Position numbers and translations under genes: made by a program
Notes under the pieces: generated by a model
The model's input: the letters and a program-made list of their open reading frames with translations, nothing else
The model's database searches: none
Told to the model about the DNA's origin: nothing
Source: the human T2T-CHM13v2.0 reference genome, Homo sapiens
Direction: 5' to 3' (one strand)
DNA length: 64,000 nucleotides
Assembly: GCF_009914755.1 (NCBI RefSeq)
Contig: NC_060936.1
Shown: piece by piece, positions 37,471 through 50,704 of the stretch
Layout of the letters: every line of letters starts with the position of its first letter
Numbering within the stretch: the stretch's first letter is position 1

Positions 37471-39398
37471 AGGATATACTCATGTTCATACCAACTGTAA
37501 ATCTATTTTTAATACTTTTGTTCTAGAAAGGATTTCAGGTGGCTCATATAATGTCCAATAAAACAAGATAAAGTAACAGTAAAATGATACACAATATTTA
37601 CATAAGAAGATTTAGATAAAGCTAGAAGTTAGGTTAGTAAGGGCTTCAATACTTTAAAAGCATAAAATATTCTACATTTACTAACATTGGTTCTAGATTT
37701 TCAAACAACAGTGTAGCCATGTTTAGTTTTTGGAGTGAGAATGCCCTTAAAGTAAAAATGAACTTGTTGCTCAGGATCCTATGGTTAGAGAGAATCTTAT
37801 CCTGAGAGCCATAATGAAGAGGACTTTGTGTAATGTTTTAAGGTACATTCTGAACCATAATGCAGTACATCTGACAGTGTACTTTGTAGGAAAAGCCATA
37901 GGCATTTCACATAACAGAAAGTGTAGGGGGAAATGGAGGTGGGGAGGATCCTACATCATATGGCCTAGTTATAACATTTCATAATAATCTGGTTTAATTT
38001 TATCTTCTAACATCTGTGATTCAATGGATAACATATTTTTCAGGAATAGGAGCTCTGCTGAGTTTAAGATTTGTCTCCCTGAGTAATACCTGTTAAAACC
38101 ATTCTGTTTTATATGTGACTTATAATGAAATTAGATAATTATTAATAATGACCTCACTGGATGCTCACAAAAATATTTACAAAAAATTCTGGCAAAACAC
38201 TGGGCTAAAGGAGGAGAACAGCCACTGTGGAGAAAGGCACAAAACCTCACCCAGGGCAAAAGCACAAAACTGCACCTCCTCTACAAAACAAAAGCCTTAA
38301 ACTAGGGAAAGAAGCAGAGACAGCAACCAATGCCCTTAAGGCATTGCTGAAAACTTTGTGATTGGGGGAAGAAAAAACAGAAATGAAAACCTTTTTCTGT
38401 GTTGGAAGGGTAAGAATACCTATTGGGTCCAGAACTGGCACTGGGATAGGATCAGTACCTCTGAGGCCACACCATCCAGACTCAGAGGCATAGCGCTTTT
38501 CTATAACTTAGGCTAAATCAGTACAAGAGAGAACCATCATACCCTCGACCCCACCTCTCATAACACCAGTGTTGAATAACAAGTAGCAATGCAATACTGC
38601 TAAAAGAGATAAAAGAGCACAGAGAGATCCTTTATTAGGTGCAATGTAAAAGGATGATTTAGGATGAAGGTAAAATAGATACTGGAGGAAACCTCTCTGT
38701 GAACCAACCCCTACTCTAAAGACATGATGACACTAGAGGACTTTGAAGTTACAGTGCACTGAGAATAAAAATAGCAATGACAAATCTCAACACTGATCAA
38801 TTAGTGACTAGATTGACCCAAATTCATGCACTAAATTTCTAAAATAGGACAAGGCATACCCATTTCTAGCCATAAAAGCTACTTACGTCAGTATCTATTG
38901 TCCTGTACAAATTGTCTGGCTTTAAATAAAAAATTATGAGTCATACAGAAAAGACAGAAAAAAACACTATTAAAAGACAAAGAAATATGACACTGATACT
39001 CAAACTATCAGAAGCTATTAGAGAGGAAATTCAAAGTATGCATGATTAATATATAGAAGGCTACATTGAAAAAAATATGAACAACATGCAATATAAGATA
39101 GATAATTTCATCAGGATGATAGAAACTATAGAAGAATCAGATGTACATGCTAGAAGTGAATACCAGAGTAACAGAGATAAGGAATGTATTTAACAGGCTT
39201 ATCAGAACACTTGACACGTCAAAGAAAAAAAAAATCAGTAAACTTGAAGACGGGTCAGCAGAAATTACCCAAGTTAGAAGGAAAGAAATGAAACTCATTA
39301 GTCCTAGCTAAAGTTTGTCTACCAATAAAATGAATCTCCCTCCCCAAATCTACAAAAAACCTATAATTAATTAGTCAGTTTAGCCATGTCATTTTATA

Positions 39399-39788
39399 TG
39401 CTACAGTTTGGATGTTTGTCTCCACCCAAACTCATGTTAAAATTGATTTGTCATTGTAACATTATTAAGAGGTAGAACTGTTAAGAGATAAATGGGATAT
39501 GAGGGCTCTGTCATCATGAGCAAATTAATGACATTATTGCAAAAGGGGGGGTTATTATTACAAGAGTGAGTTCCTTATAAAAAAAGAAGCTGTGTTGCTT
39601 TTTGTTCTCTCTCACTCTCTCTTTGCCCTTCCATGATAAGATGACACAGCAAGAAGGCTTTTTCTGGACAGTGACCCCTCAATCTTGGGCTTCTAGGCCA
39701 TCAGAACTATGTGCCAATAAATTTCTATTAATTACAAATTACTGAGTCTGTGGTATTCTTTCATAACAGCACAAAACAAACTAAGATA
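39399..39788 (+). mobile_element. MSTD-like LTR
   Basis: tgctacagtttggatgtttgtc...cagcacaaaacaaactaagata; TSD ttata/ttaca. Confidence 0.8.
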
Positions 39789-41127
39789 TTACACAAGATC
39801 GATATTTTATTTCTATATACTATCAATAACTTTGGAATTAAAAAAACTACCATTTATAATACCACTAATAAGAAAATATTTAGATATAAATTTAACAAAA
39901 CATGTGCAAAATCTGTGTTCTAAAAACTACAAAGCATTGATTAAAGAGTACAAAGAATGAATACCTAAATAAATAGATTTAATGTGTTCATGAACTGGAG
40001 ACTCAATATTGTTATGATGTCAATGAAATTCTAATCAAAATCTCAGCATGATTTTATTGTAAATACTGAAAGACTGATTTTAAAATTTATACAGGGAGGC
40101 AAAGGAAATAGAACAGCCAAAAACATTTAACAAATAAGAATAAAGTTAAATTATTGAAACTACCTGATTTAAAAATTAAAAATGCAATAGCAATCAAGAC
40201 ATTGTGCTATTGATGAAATGATAGATTCATAGGTTAATGAAATGGAATAGAGCTTTCAGAAATAGACTCAAATTAATATAGTAAACTTTTAGAATAATGG
40301 TAAAAAGGGTAATTATGGAGAGAGAAGAGTAATTTTTTAAACAAATTGTGCAGAAAAATTGCATGTCCATGTGCAATAAAAATGAAATTTAACCCATACT
40401 TTTCAACTTATATAAAAATTAACATAGCTCTAAATGTTAAAATTATAAAACTTCTAGAAAAAGACATAGGAGACAGCCTTTGTTATATTGTGTTAGGCAG
40501 AAAGAATTCTTGGATAAGACATCAAAAGCACAATCAATAAAAAAAGAAAAAATCTGATAAACCTATCAAAATAAACAATTTTGCTCCATAAAATATACTG
40601 TGAAAGAAAAAAAAACATAAGCCATGTATTAGGAGAAAATATTTTCAAATCATATACCTGCTAAAGGATATATATCAGAATATATAGGAAATTTTGAAAG
40701 TCAACAATGAGAAATCAAACAACCTCCATCCCCTGAGAAATGGGCCATAAATTTGAGTAGGCATTCCATCAAGAAAGCATAGAGTTGGCAAGAAAGCATA
40801 TGTAAAAGTGCACAAAACTATTAGTTCTTATGAAAATAAAAATTAAACTCAGAATGATATACCATTACACAAATATTAGAACATCAAAAACAAAAACAAA
40901 AAAATTAACTTACAATATGGAATGCTCATTGCAATGTGGAGTATTGGAACTCTCATACTTTACCTGTGGGAATACAAAATGATACAAGAATTTGGAAGTT
41001 TTTTGTAAGTTAAATGTACTTGTCTTATGACCCAGCTATCTCACTCCTATATATTTGCCCAAGAGAATAAAAATTTATGTTCACATTATAACGTATACAT
41101 TAATATTTATAGCATACCTATTCATAA

Positions 41128-41694
41128 TGTTAGAAACAAGAGCTCAGAGTCGCGAGGAAAACGAGCACTCAAATGAAGGATTTCTCAGCAAGGCAAATTT
41201 ACTTCTGTGGAAGGGTTTTGCTCACACTTTTGGCCACTGCGAGAGCACATCGAACAAAGGAGGGCTTTTTATTCCCAATGCTGTTAGTCCCTGCTTCTGT
41301 GTCTGTCCCCATTGGCTGGAGTTGGACCGCACAATCTAAACTGACCCTATTGGCTACTGTTTAAAATTGAATATGGCTAATTAGGCAAGAAGGGAGAGGC
41401 TGTCCATTATGGTACAAGGCATGTTTGGGCATGTCAGGGCATGGCAAAGGTGGGAAGGGTGGTTTCAGGGGAAGAGCTCTTTCGGCGGTAGGGGCAGTTT
41501 ACAGAATGGGTAGCCAGGAGTAAAGAGGAACCTTTCCAAATAAGGAAGAGACATGAGTTACAGATTGGGACTGGCAGGAGAAGTTGTTTACAGAGCAGGT
41601 AGCTTAGGAGAAGGGACAAGGAAGTTGATCTCGAGAACAAAGAACAAGGAAGTCAGAAATTAAAACTTTGAAGCAGAACTTACTGTATCTGACA
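41128..41694 (-). mobile_element. LTR10 (HERV-I group, LTR10B/D/E-like) solo LTR
   Basis: rc start tgtcagatacagtaagttctgcttcaaag..acttccttgttctttgttctc; TG..CA ends; TSD ataa/atag; CpGs partly retained. Confidence 0.85.
41417..41436. promoter_or_regulatory. p53 response element (two half-sites, zero spacer) in LTR10
   Basis: AGGCATGTTT GGGCATGTCA = 19/20 match to RRRCWWGYYY x2; third weaker half-site GGGCATGGCA follows. Confidence 0.75.
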
Positions 41695-42164
41695 ATAGTC
41701 ACTGAAAACTGGAAATGTTCTTCAGTTGGTGAATGAATAGACAAATGAAATATTCTCTATCTTAACTGTGGTGATAAATGAATGACTGTATTTTTCAAAA
41801 CTCACATAACTTTATATTACAAAGAGTAAATTTATTGTATATAAATTGAAAATAAAGTTTCAAAAATTATTTATTAATATATATGTGTACATTATATTCA
41901 CAATAAAATATGTATAAATAATTCATCTCTAGTTAGAATGATATACCAAAAAATAAGATGTTTACTATTAGCATTCAATGTGGCAAATAAAATGTTGCAA
42001 TATAATCCTTAGGGTATTATTCCATTCTTGCATTGCAAAACTGCAGATGGGAGGACTACTCGGTAAGTGTAGTTTAAGTTCATAGATCATATTATTTCAA
42101 TAATTCTATCTAATTAATTGTAGGGTAGTTCTAAATTTAAAATATCATTAGAAGTTAATGAGCT

Positions 42165-42460
42165 GGCCAGGCACGGTGGCTGACTCCTGTAATCCCAACA
42201 CTTTGGGAGGCCGAGGTGGGTGGATCACCTGAGGTCAGGAGTTTGAGACCAGCCTGGCCACACAGTGAAACCCTGTCTTTACTAAAAATACAAAAATTAG
42301 CTAGGCATGGTGGTGTGTGCCTGTAGTCTGCAGCTGTTCGGGAGGCTGAGGTTGGAGAATCGCTTGAACTGGGGAGGTGGAGGTTGCAGTGAGCCGAGAT
42401 TGTGTCACTATACTCCAGCATGGGGGACAGAGCATGACTTCATCTCAAAAAGAAAGAAAA
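42165..42460 (+). mobile_element. AluS (Sx/Sz-like)
   Basis: Full dimer; TSD core aagttaatga on both sides. Confidence 0.92.
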
Positions 42461-43073
42461 TAAGTTAATGAACAGATAAAATTTTCTCATTATTCACTTG
42501 ATCATTTTTATTTAAAGTTATAGTAGCACCACATGATTGCTACTGTATATGGATTTAGTCAATTTTTGTTGGCCACTTGAATGGTTGAAACTCTAAAACA
42601 TCATCTAAGAAGTGAAAATGTAGTTTGGAAAAGACTATGAGGATATACGGAAACAGGCAATTGAAAACATTAAATTTAAGCAGTGAAAAGAAAAAGGTTC
42701 AGTCTATGAATATACTCTAGATAAAATCTGGTAGATAGCAGTACAGCATAAAAACTTGGGCAGTCATGTGGGTGGTAGAGATAATAAATTCATGTGGAGA
42801 ACATTTTCTTACATTGGCGTCTCTTTTGAAGATCTCATATCCAGACCGTATAAGCAGGCCCCCTGGAATTTGAAAATATCTTAATCTAACTGTACTCTCC
42901 TTCTCCTCTTCTTTTGCCACAAATTAGTTAATTATGCCATAGTAGTGATGTGGTCCTTATACAACAAATTGAATTAAAACTATGCATATCCCTGAAACTG
43001 GAGATATTTTGAAAATTTTCTCACAAATTAACTGAGATGTCTTTTCTGTTATGCCATTAAAAAATAACTACTT

Positions 43074-44235
43074 TGTCAAGAACTTTGAAAGATTTAAGAG
43101 TTTTTTCCTGCTTGTAAGTTAAAAAGCCCATCACAGTTTTGTGGTTTCTGGCAAAAGACATTAGACTCCTGGGTCAGAGATTAAAACAAAACAAAACAAC
43201 AACAAAAAACAAAACAAAACAAAACAAAACCTGTTACTCATAGCTCAGTAGGCAGCATAAACTGCATGTTGGCATCATTTTCCCCTGTCCCCTAAATCCC
43301 ATGGGAGCAATGTGAAATGGCCAGATAGAAGTGGTGCATGCAGCGGATTTGCATGATAGCCAGGGAACTCTGAGCTAAGTAAGCCCCAATCTTTGGAAGG
43401 AGCTGCAAGCAAACCTGTTCATTATTTTCCCTGTAGATATGACCTTTTTTATATTAGAGAGCTGTGGGGGCCAAGGGCTTTGAAAGATTTGTTGAAAATC
43501 ACTGACATGAGGCAGATTCATTAATAGGAGAAAAGGCATACCAATTTATTTAATGTGTATACACGGGAGCCTTCAGAATGAAGACCCAACATCTCAATGA
43601 GGCACAGAAGCTCATATGCCATCTTGAGGGTACGGAAAGAATGAGGACTTGAATCCTGGTCAGGCAGGTTATGGGAGGGGGAGAAGAATTCTATTGAGAG
43701 GCAATAAAGGATTACTAGGTAGAATGATTATATTGGGGAACAGAAATTAACATGTAAATAGTTTTGTTTTTTTTTTAATTTAAATGTTCCTTAAATCATC
43801 CTTGGAGACAGACATTGTCTTGAAAAAGGGTATCTTCAGATATGGTTACATTCTTGGTTTTCTTTCCTGTAATGGATAATGAGATAATGGCGGGTGTGGG
43901 CAGTGTGGGGGCAGAGTAAGAACTATTGTTCTCCTTGGTGTGTCAGTCCTATCTTTAGGTAGGTAGGGGACAGGTCCCTTCTAGTGCTTGTTGATTTCTA
44001 AGGGTTTTTAATATAAAATATTCATTATACCACAGAGCCAAATTTTGGGGTTAAATATGTTAATTTTCTTCACAGCAAAAAAAATCTCTCTGAACCAGGA
44101 GACACTATTCCTATCCTCTTTTGAGGCTGTCTGCTATAGAAAATCCTTATAAAAGAATTCTGAAACAAAAGCTGTCAAATCTTCTGCTGAAAAGATCTGC
44201 GGAAACATGAGAGACAGATGAATTATCTCTCAATA
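43074..44235 (-). mobile_element. LTR40 (ERVL) solo LTR, interrupted by a nested LTR and an (AAAAC)n tract
   Basis: tgtcaagaact...ctggcaaaagacattagactcctgggtcagaga...gctgcaagcaaacctg...aattatctctcaata matches LTR40 rc. Confidence 0.75.
43463..44072 (-). mobile_element. MER34/MER39/LTR49-group ERV1 solo LTR nested in LTR40
   Basis: tgtgggggccaaggg..ttaataggagaaaaggcata..gccttcagaatgaagaccca..aaattttggggttaaatat..ttca; TSD gagc/cagc. Confidence 0.75.
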
Positions 44236-44384
44236 TAAACATTGAGTGAAAGTAGTTAAAACATTATTCTCCAAGCGTTAACCAAGAAGAATTTTTTAAA
44301 GCCAAGTAGGCCATTGCAACTCTAAGTCATTCCCAATCATAGCTAAAATCTAAAACAATGTAATGAATATGATAGCAAACAATA

Positions 44385-44490
44385 AAAATATTTCGAGTCT
44401 TTATTATCCATACCTGGACACTATTCTAAGACCTTGTAAAATGCATTGCCTCATTTAACTCTCTGACAGAGATACTATTATTATTATTCC
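44385..44490 (-). mobile_element. MIR fragment
   Basis: cactattctaag..gcattgcctcatttaactct..actattattattattcc. Confidence 0.5.
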
Positions 44491-45448
44491 TTTGACCTCA
44501 TATAATCATTATTCTAGTCTGTCTAGCATGTCCTGCAAAACACGTATAAGTGATCCTGAGGAGATATGTGTTTAATAGCTTGCATGTCGTGGACAAATTT
44601 AAAGCTATACCATTTTGATTGGATGTGGTACAGGAGTGGAGACACTCAAAATAGTTGAATTTGTATAGTTATTTCCTAAATTTTCCAGATAGCCCATATA
44701 ATTCATGTATTGTCCTTTATATACATCCTAGAAAGTAATTTTTCTTTATCCAGTTCTCTACTTTCTCCATGTATGTTCAAGCATCTTAACATTTTATTAA
44801 TCTGTTCCTATATGACCCATTCTTGCTGCATTTAAATTTGTGCCTCCAATTCTAAGATGAGAATCATCCTATAATGGAGGTCCAGATATTTAGAGTTTGT
44901 GCTATCAAAAATTATTTTTCTAAGAAAATTATTTCACCTGAAGTTATCTAGTTAATAAAACAGAAATGGTGATGATCCAGAATATTTTTGATGAAGAGAT
45001 ATAAAACATACCTAGCCCTACTATACAACTATGGGACCATCACAGTTTAAAGTGCCTGAGGCCAACATAAGTGAGGGCCTTGAATTGGTAGTTTTGATTT
45101 TTCCATCAGCTATATTTTGGCAGCCAGAACTACAAAGCCTACACCTTAAAAATTTTTCAAGACTATAATTCTATGGCTTGAGTACTTTGCGATCAACTAT
45201 TTCTAGCTTTGATCATCTAAGACTTGTGTGGTCATCAGACTGCCAAGAATGATTAATCATATTTAAAGTATTTTGATGGGGGTGATAGGAAGTAAAACAG
45301 AAGAATAGACTTTATCTTCCGGCCATGAAATTTCATCCGTTTACCACTGGTTTGTTATGTGGTCTTCCTGGAAACCATTTCATCTGATTCAAAATGCCAA
45401 CAAAATTTAAAGCAGCGCTTAACTGCGCTTTACTCAACATAACTAAAC

Positions 45449-45838
45449 TGCTATGATTTAAATGTGTCCTCCCAAAAATCATGTGCTGGAAACAATCCCT
45501 AATGCAACAGTGTTCGGAGGTAGGGCCTAATGAGAGCTGATTAGAACAAGAGGGCTCCATCTGCATGAATAGATTAATACCATTATCTCAGGAGAGGGTT
45601 TTTGTTGTTGTCATTGTTTGTTTTTTTTTAATAAAAGGGAAAGCTCTCTCTTCTTCTCTGTCATTCTCTCTTGCCCTTCCACCTTCTGCCATGGGATGAT
45701 GTAGCAAGAAGGTCCCCACAAGATGCTGAACACTCAGTCTAGGACCTTCTAGCATCCAGAACTGTAAGAAATAAATTCCTGTTCATTACAAATTACTTAT
45801 CCAGTGGTATTCTGTTACAGCAGCACAACAACCTGACA
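45449..45838 (+). mobile_element. MSTD-like LTR
   Basis: tgctatgatttaaatgtgtcctccc...ggtattctgttacagcagcacaa..gaca. Confidence 0.8.
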
Positions 45839-46659
45839 CATTCCCAGTGCACTACAAACTAGGAATCTTCAGCCAGGGTTAGGATAGGCCTGTTGAAAAT
45901 GCCACTGAATGTCTCATGATGTTCTTTATTTCCAGTCTTACATTTCCCACAGCAAGAGTGATATTTCATTTTTTTGGAGATTAACAGTAAACTAATAAAT
46001 TTAAGCCTTTGTATTATTTCCAAATGTTTAATTCTACTTCTTTGCAAGTCATTCATGTACTCTGTTTTCTCATACTCCATTGGCCTTATTTCACAGATCT
46101 TGGACCTCAGGTAGCGTAACAGTGTAGAAAGCTGCTCTTTCAACCATCCCATCTCTAAATTACAAATCTTCTACTAACTCTGAGGACTTATAGCCAGATG
46201 AATGATCTCAACTAGGTTTTCACTGATGCTGACACAGCTGCATATGTACAGATAACATGTTCTCTACCCATCAAGTCTCCATGAAATTTTCACATAATAT
46301 CACTATCTTCTAGTGCATCTGCTTCCATAGCAGATTTCCATTCTCGGTATTACTCATAAGCCTAGAATGACCACCACCCCTGTATCCCAGTTAACAACTA
46401 AGGGAATATGAAAATGAGAAAGACCATGTCTAGATGCTTTACGAATGGTATAAAAATATACTAACCAATGTTTAGAAACATATCCACGGAAATGTTATTT
46501 AATTCACGAACCTGATAACAAGTGTCAAGACTAAAAATTGAAGAAGTGCCATCTTGAGATCTACCCTGTAAATAGTCTTCATACTCTCATTCCACCTTCT
46601 TTACCAAGTCTAGATCACCCACAAGAGCAGAGGTTACTGTGGAAAGTTAGACTTCAACG

Positions 46660-47098
46660 CTTCTACTTTGAAACAATGTGATATTCTCCAGTTTTGCTTC
46701 TTTTTATCTATTCTTGTCAATGGATCCAGGGAATTATTTCTAAGTTGTAACTTGTAAATTCAAATCATATTACTCGTTGTCTTAAAACTTTATAGTGAGT
46801 ATCCTTAAATAGCACTACTCTCTCTTTGTGCCTCCTTTGTCTCTAAACTACTTTCAATTCTCAAAGGTAAGGCTGTTTTGGGTATCCATATTTTGCACAT
46901 GTGTTCTCTTTGTCTAAACTAACCTGTATATATGCCCCTCCACCATCCTCTCTTCTCACTAACACATTTTTCAAGTCTAGTATAGAACAGGACGTCATAA
47001 AAATGCAAGCCCTGAGAGAGTAGTGAGCAAGTCTTATTTGCTGTTAATCCCTATTGTCTAGCAAATTAGAGGTGATCACTATATATTGTTAAATGAAT
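46660..47098 (+). mobile_element. L2 3' fragments
   Basis: aatcatattactc..cttaaaac; ttttgcacatgtgttctctttgtct; ends tattgttaaatgaat. Confidence 0.5.
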
Positions 47099-48154
47099 TA
47101 TAAGCTGGTTTATCAATTTTCATTTATTCAAACGAAGAGTTGTCACGTTTCAGAAATATACTTCAAAGCACTTGTTAAAATTGATATAGACATTTCTTTG
47201 TGGGATAAACTTCAATGTGAAATTTCAATAGGAAGTTTTTCTTGTTATTATACAAGTAATACTCCAGTGTGTGTAAGTAGATGCCTATAATTCTTTACTC
47301 TTGGACAACTTGAAGAGTTAATTTACATTCAAGGCTAGAGAGCTTTCTGCTGATAGGTGCCATGAGAGTGTCAGAACACTTCAACTGAACTTTATCAAAC
47401 TGAGTGGCAGATTGGTTTATCTAAATTGAGGACTTCTTTTCGCCCTACCTTTTAATTGTGGATCATTCTTAAGGTGTTTTATTATAATTGTGCACAGCTT
47501 GTGCTGTTTTATTGATTAAACTGCTGTGAAGCTCTTGGTGCAAGTACAGCACAAACTATGTGATATAAGCCTTTTAAGGTTATTGTTATGCTTGTAGTCA
47601 GATGGCTGCAGTTGTGATGGCTGTGATTGAAAAACAAATGAAATGTTTTTGGGAAACTGTAATCACATTAGTCTTGACATTTCACTACTTCCTCCTGGGT
47701 AACTAATAGGTTCTTTTCATTTCTAAAAAGAAACTTCTAATTAAATATTATTTTTCTTCTTTTTTTTGTTAGAAAAGGTCTAATTCTATGAAGACCTATT
47801 AGGCTGTATGAAGTTTCACCTCTTTCTTCATATTTGAGTTATTACTGTGCATGCCATGTGTATATACATACACATATTTCAAGAGGCTTAGGATTTAATG
47901 TAAGGATTTAATAACTTAATTCAAGAGGTCTAGGCGTATTTAATTACTATTAGACAAAGAATATGTACTTATAAGTAATTAGATTTCATTAGAAAACATA
48001 AAGAACCGAAAATTGTGATTCAGAATAAATCTGATATTGATGATTATGAAATTACCAAGTTCTTTGAGCATGGATAGGAAGCAAACGAAAGAGATGGAGT
48101 GTGAGGTCCTTCGACCTCATAATACTGTGAGATATTATACATTTAACACACCAG

Positions 48155-48381
48155 AACAGCAAAACCTTAGGCAGCTTTGGTAGTCAGATTGTCAGTTTGA
48201 ATCCAGGCTTTATCATATACTATTTCTGTGATCTTGAGAACATTTTTTAACCTCTTAAGTCTCTGTTTCCTTATCTATATAAATAGGATAATAGTAATAG
48301 CTAACTGATATGATTATTGTAAGGATTTTATAACTTAATCCAAGTAAAGTATTAGAACATTTTAATCACTAAGTGTTGGCT
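48155..48381 (+). mobile_element. MIR
   Basis: gtttgaatccaggct..ctgtgatcttgag..aacctcttaagtctctgtttccttatctata. Confidence 0.75.
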
Positions 48382-48471
48382 CAACTAAACTCATCATAAA
48401 TAGATAGAATGCCTACTGGTACGAGGTACCATAAGGCATAGAAAAAAAGCAAGGTAATTTCTGTCTTTCAG

Positions 48472-48598
48472 GGTATTTCCGTGCCCATTCGATGCATGAC
48501 ACAGTTCTGAATGCCAACCTGGTAGAATTAAAAGTACCAGCATCATTTCCCTCGAGCAGAAAAAAATGCTGCTGGAAGCCTTACTAAGTCAATAAATG
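48472..48598 (+). ncRNA. Candidate non-coding exon (127 nt)
   Basis: Acceptor taatttctgtctttcag|G, donor ATG|GTAAGT; unique sequence with 3 CpGs; stops in all frames. Confidence 0.3.
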
Positions 48599-49431
48599 GT
48601 AAGTGTGTTGCATATGAATACTGTGTGAGTTTAAAAAAAAACATTCATACTGAGTCACTAATGCTGACGAATAAGTTAAGGCTGTGGCTGGTCAGTATTT
48701 TCTTGAGAACCGATGTTACCAGTTGCTTTGTATTCAGGGATTATGTATAAATGTCATTGCACTACTCTTTTTAGCTCATGACATGTGCAAGTGCATACAC
48801 ATAGTCAACTGAAAAAGAAAGAATTAATTTTCTCTGGTGGGCAAAGTCTCAGGATATACCTATTATGAATGAATCTGACCAGAATTAATTATTTGGGTCT
48901 TGTAACATCAATATTCAATTTGCCAAAGTTAGGACCCCTCTCAGGAGTAAAATAGCCATGATTTATCTCTCTAAATTAAAAAGGTTGAATGGCATTACCT
49001 CATATACATAATTCATTTTAATTAAATGCATATTCTTAAATACCTTCTTAATGGATATCCAATGCCTCATTAATCTTAAATGTAACAACTTGAGATCCTT
49101 TGGGAAGTCATGTGATGACTCAAAATTCACAAACATAATGTGTAATGCCCAGATAGAATGTCTATTAGGCAATCTATGCAGGTTGAGTATATGCCAGGTA
49201 TGATACTCATTTACAATGCTGTTAGCTCAGGAAAATGTTAAACAGATAAAAGACATAGATTCAAAAAAGCTGTTTTTTCTACCATCTATTTTTAAAATTC
49301 TCTTTCAAATAACACTGAGATACTAATATTTTAATTTTTCTTCTAAGAGGAGAGTTTATGAGGGTTTGAGATAGACTGAGTTAACCCAAGTCAAATAAGG
49401 TTTCTTTTGTGTAATGGAAGTTTCCTGTGCA

Positions 49432-49555
49432 TGTTAGACTATGAACTTACCAAAAGCAGAAATTTCTCTCTGCTTTGTTTACTTCTATGTCACCAGAATC
49501 TAGAAAATTCCCTCACATATGGAAGTCAATAAAAATTCCATGATTGAATGAATAA
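49432..49555 (+). mobile_element. L2 3' end
   Basis: tagactatgaactt...caataaa..ttgaatgaataa. Confidence 0.55.
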
Positions 49556-50704
49556 TCTTCAAATACACTACAGTGCATTATGACTGCCTGAGAAGGTGAC
49601 ATGTCAGCATTGACCTACTTGATGTCCTCAATCTTTTTTACATTTTTTGAGACTGTAATATTTCAATGGAAGTAATTAGAGTACACTTTTCTGGCCCATA
49701 GTTGTGTCTTCCATCACAATCCCTGATAGAATTCACACTGATTGTGAGACATTAAGCTAAAGAATGTGATAAATGTCTTCATGCAAACCCACCACCATTA
49801 CGAGAGAGAAAGATGTGATGCATGAAAACAAAACAAAATACAATTCTTAGTTTTATGAGCTCTCAAAAATAGATGAATTACTAATTAGACATCCAAGAAA
49901 TATGCTTTGCATGTTTCATTTCTTTAGTTTCTTATATTGCCAGAAGATGTGAAATCGCAATATACTATCTCTCATTATTTTGGCATAGCATACTTTTATA
50001 ATGTAGTTTCTTTACAAAACAGATACTTCTAAAAGAAGAAAAATAAGTCTCTGAAGTTTCTCTAGTACATTAATTCATTTGAGGGAAAGAATAAAAGAGA
50101 GTGAGATGGGACACACCCACAGACACATTTCCAGAAAAGGCTACAAAGCCTGCAGAGATGGAATCAAACATATAGCTTTTACTGACTACAAAATACCCTT
50201 GTGAAATTTGAGAACTGCATGAGGCATTCTGCTTTTTGAAGCACTTTTACTTCATTAATTTAGGGAATGTGCACAATAACCTTGTGAGTTGAATCAGAAG
50301 CACGGTCCCATTTTGCAGATAATGAAATTGTGACATCAGGCAGTAGGAGGAATTTGTATAAGGTTATGTGAGTAATGAATAGTATATTGCAGAGATGGGA
50401 TAAACAAATTGCAGTCATTAAATATGTACACTAGTATGGCTATGAATAAAAGAAAGAAGAGGGTTTTGGTAGAGAAGGAATATAGAATTGGACAGGCAGT
50501 AGAGCAACCTGATGATATGTCACTGAAATTTTTTGAGTCTTAAGCAAAGGTTCACAGAGGAACTAAGGTTGAATATAGAATCTTGTAGCTCATCACACAC
50601 AAAGAACACAACAATGAGATTCAGAGAGAAGTTTTTATAAATGAAGCTATTCAAATGATAATTCTTTCAATCAAATTTTCCTTCAGTCTATTCAAATTTT
50701 TAAA

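Larger units (their letters stand above)
38200..41860 (+). mobile_element. L1MC/L1M4-type element: 5'UTR/ORF1 fragment, large internal deletion, ORF2 3' part and truncated 3'UTR; nested MSTD and LTR10
   Basis: ORF1 motifs 39000-39290 (aacaggcttatcag..cttgacac..aatcagtaaacttgaaga); ORF2 motifs 39800-41120. Confidence 0.75.
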
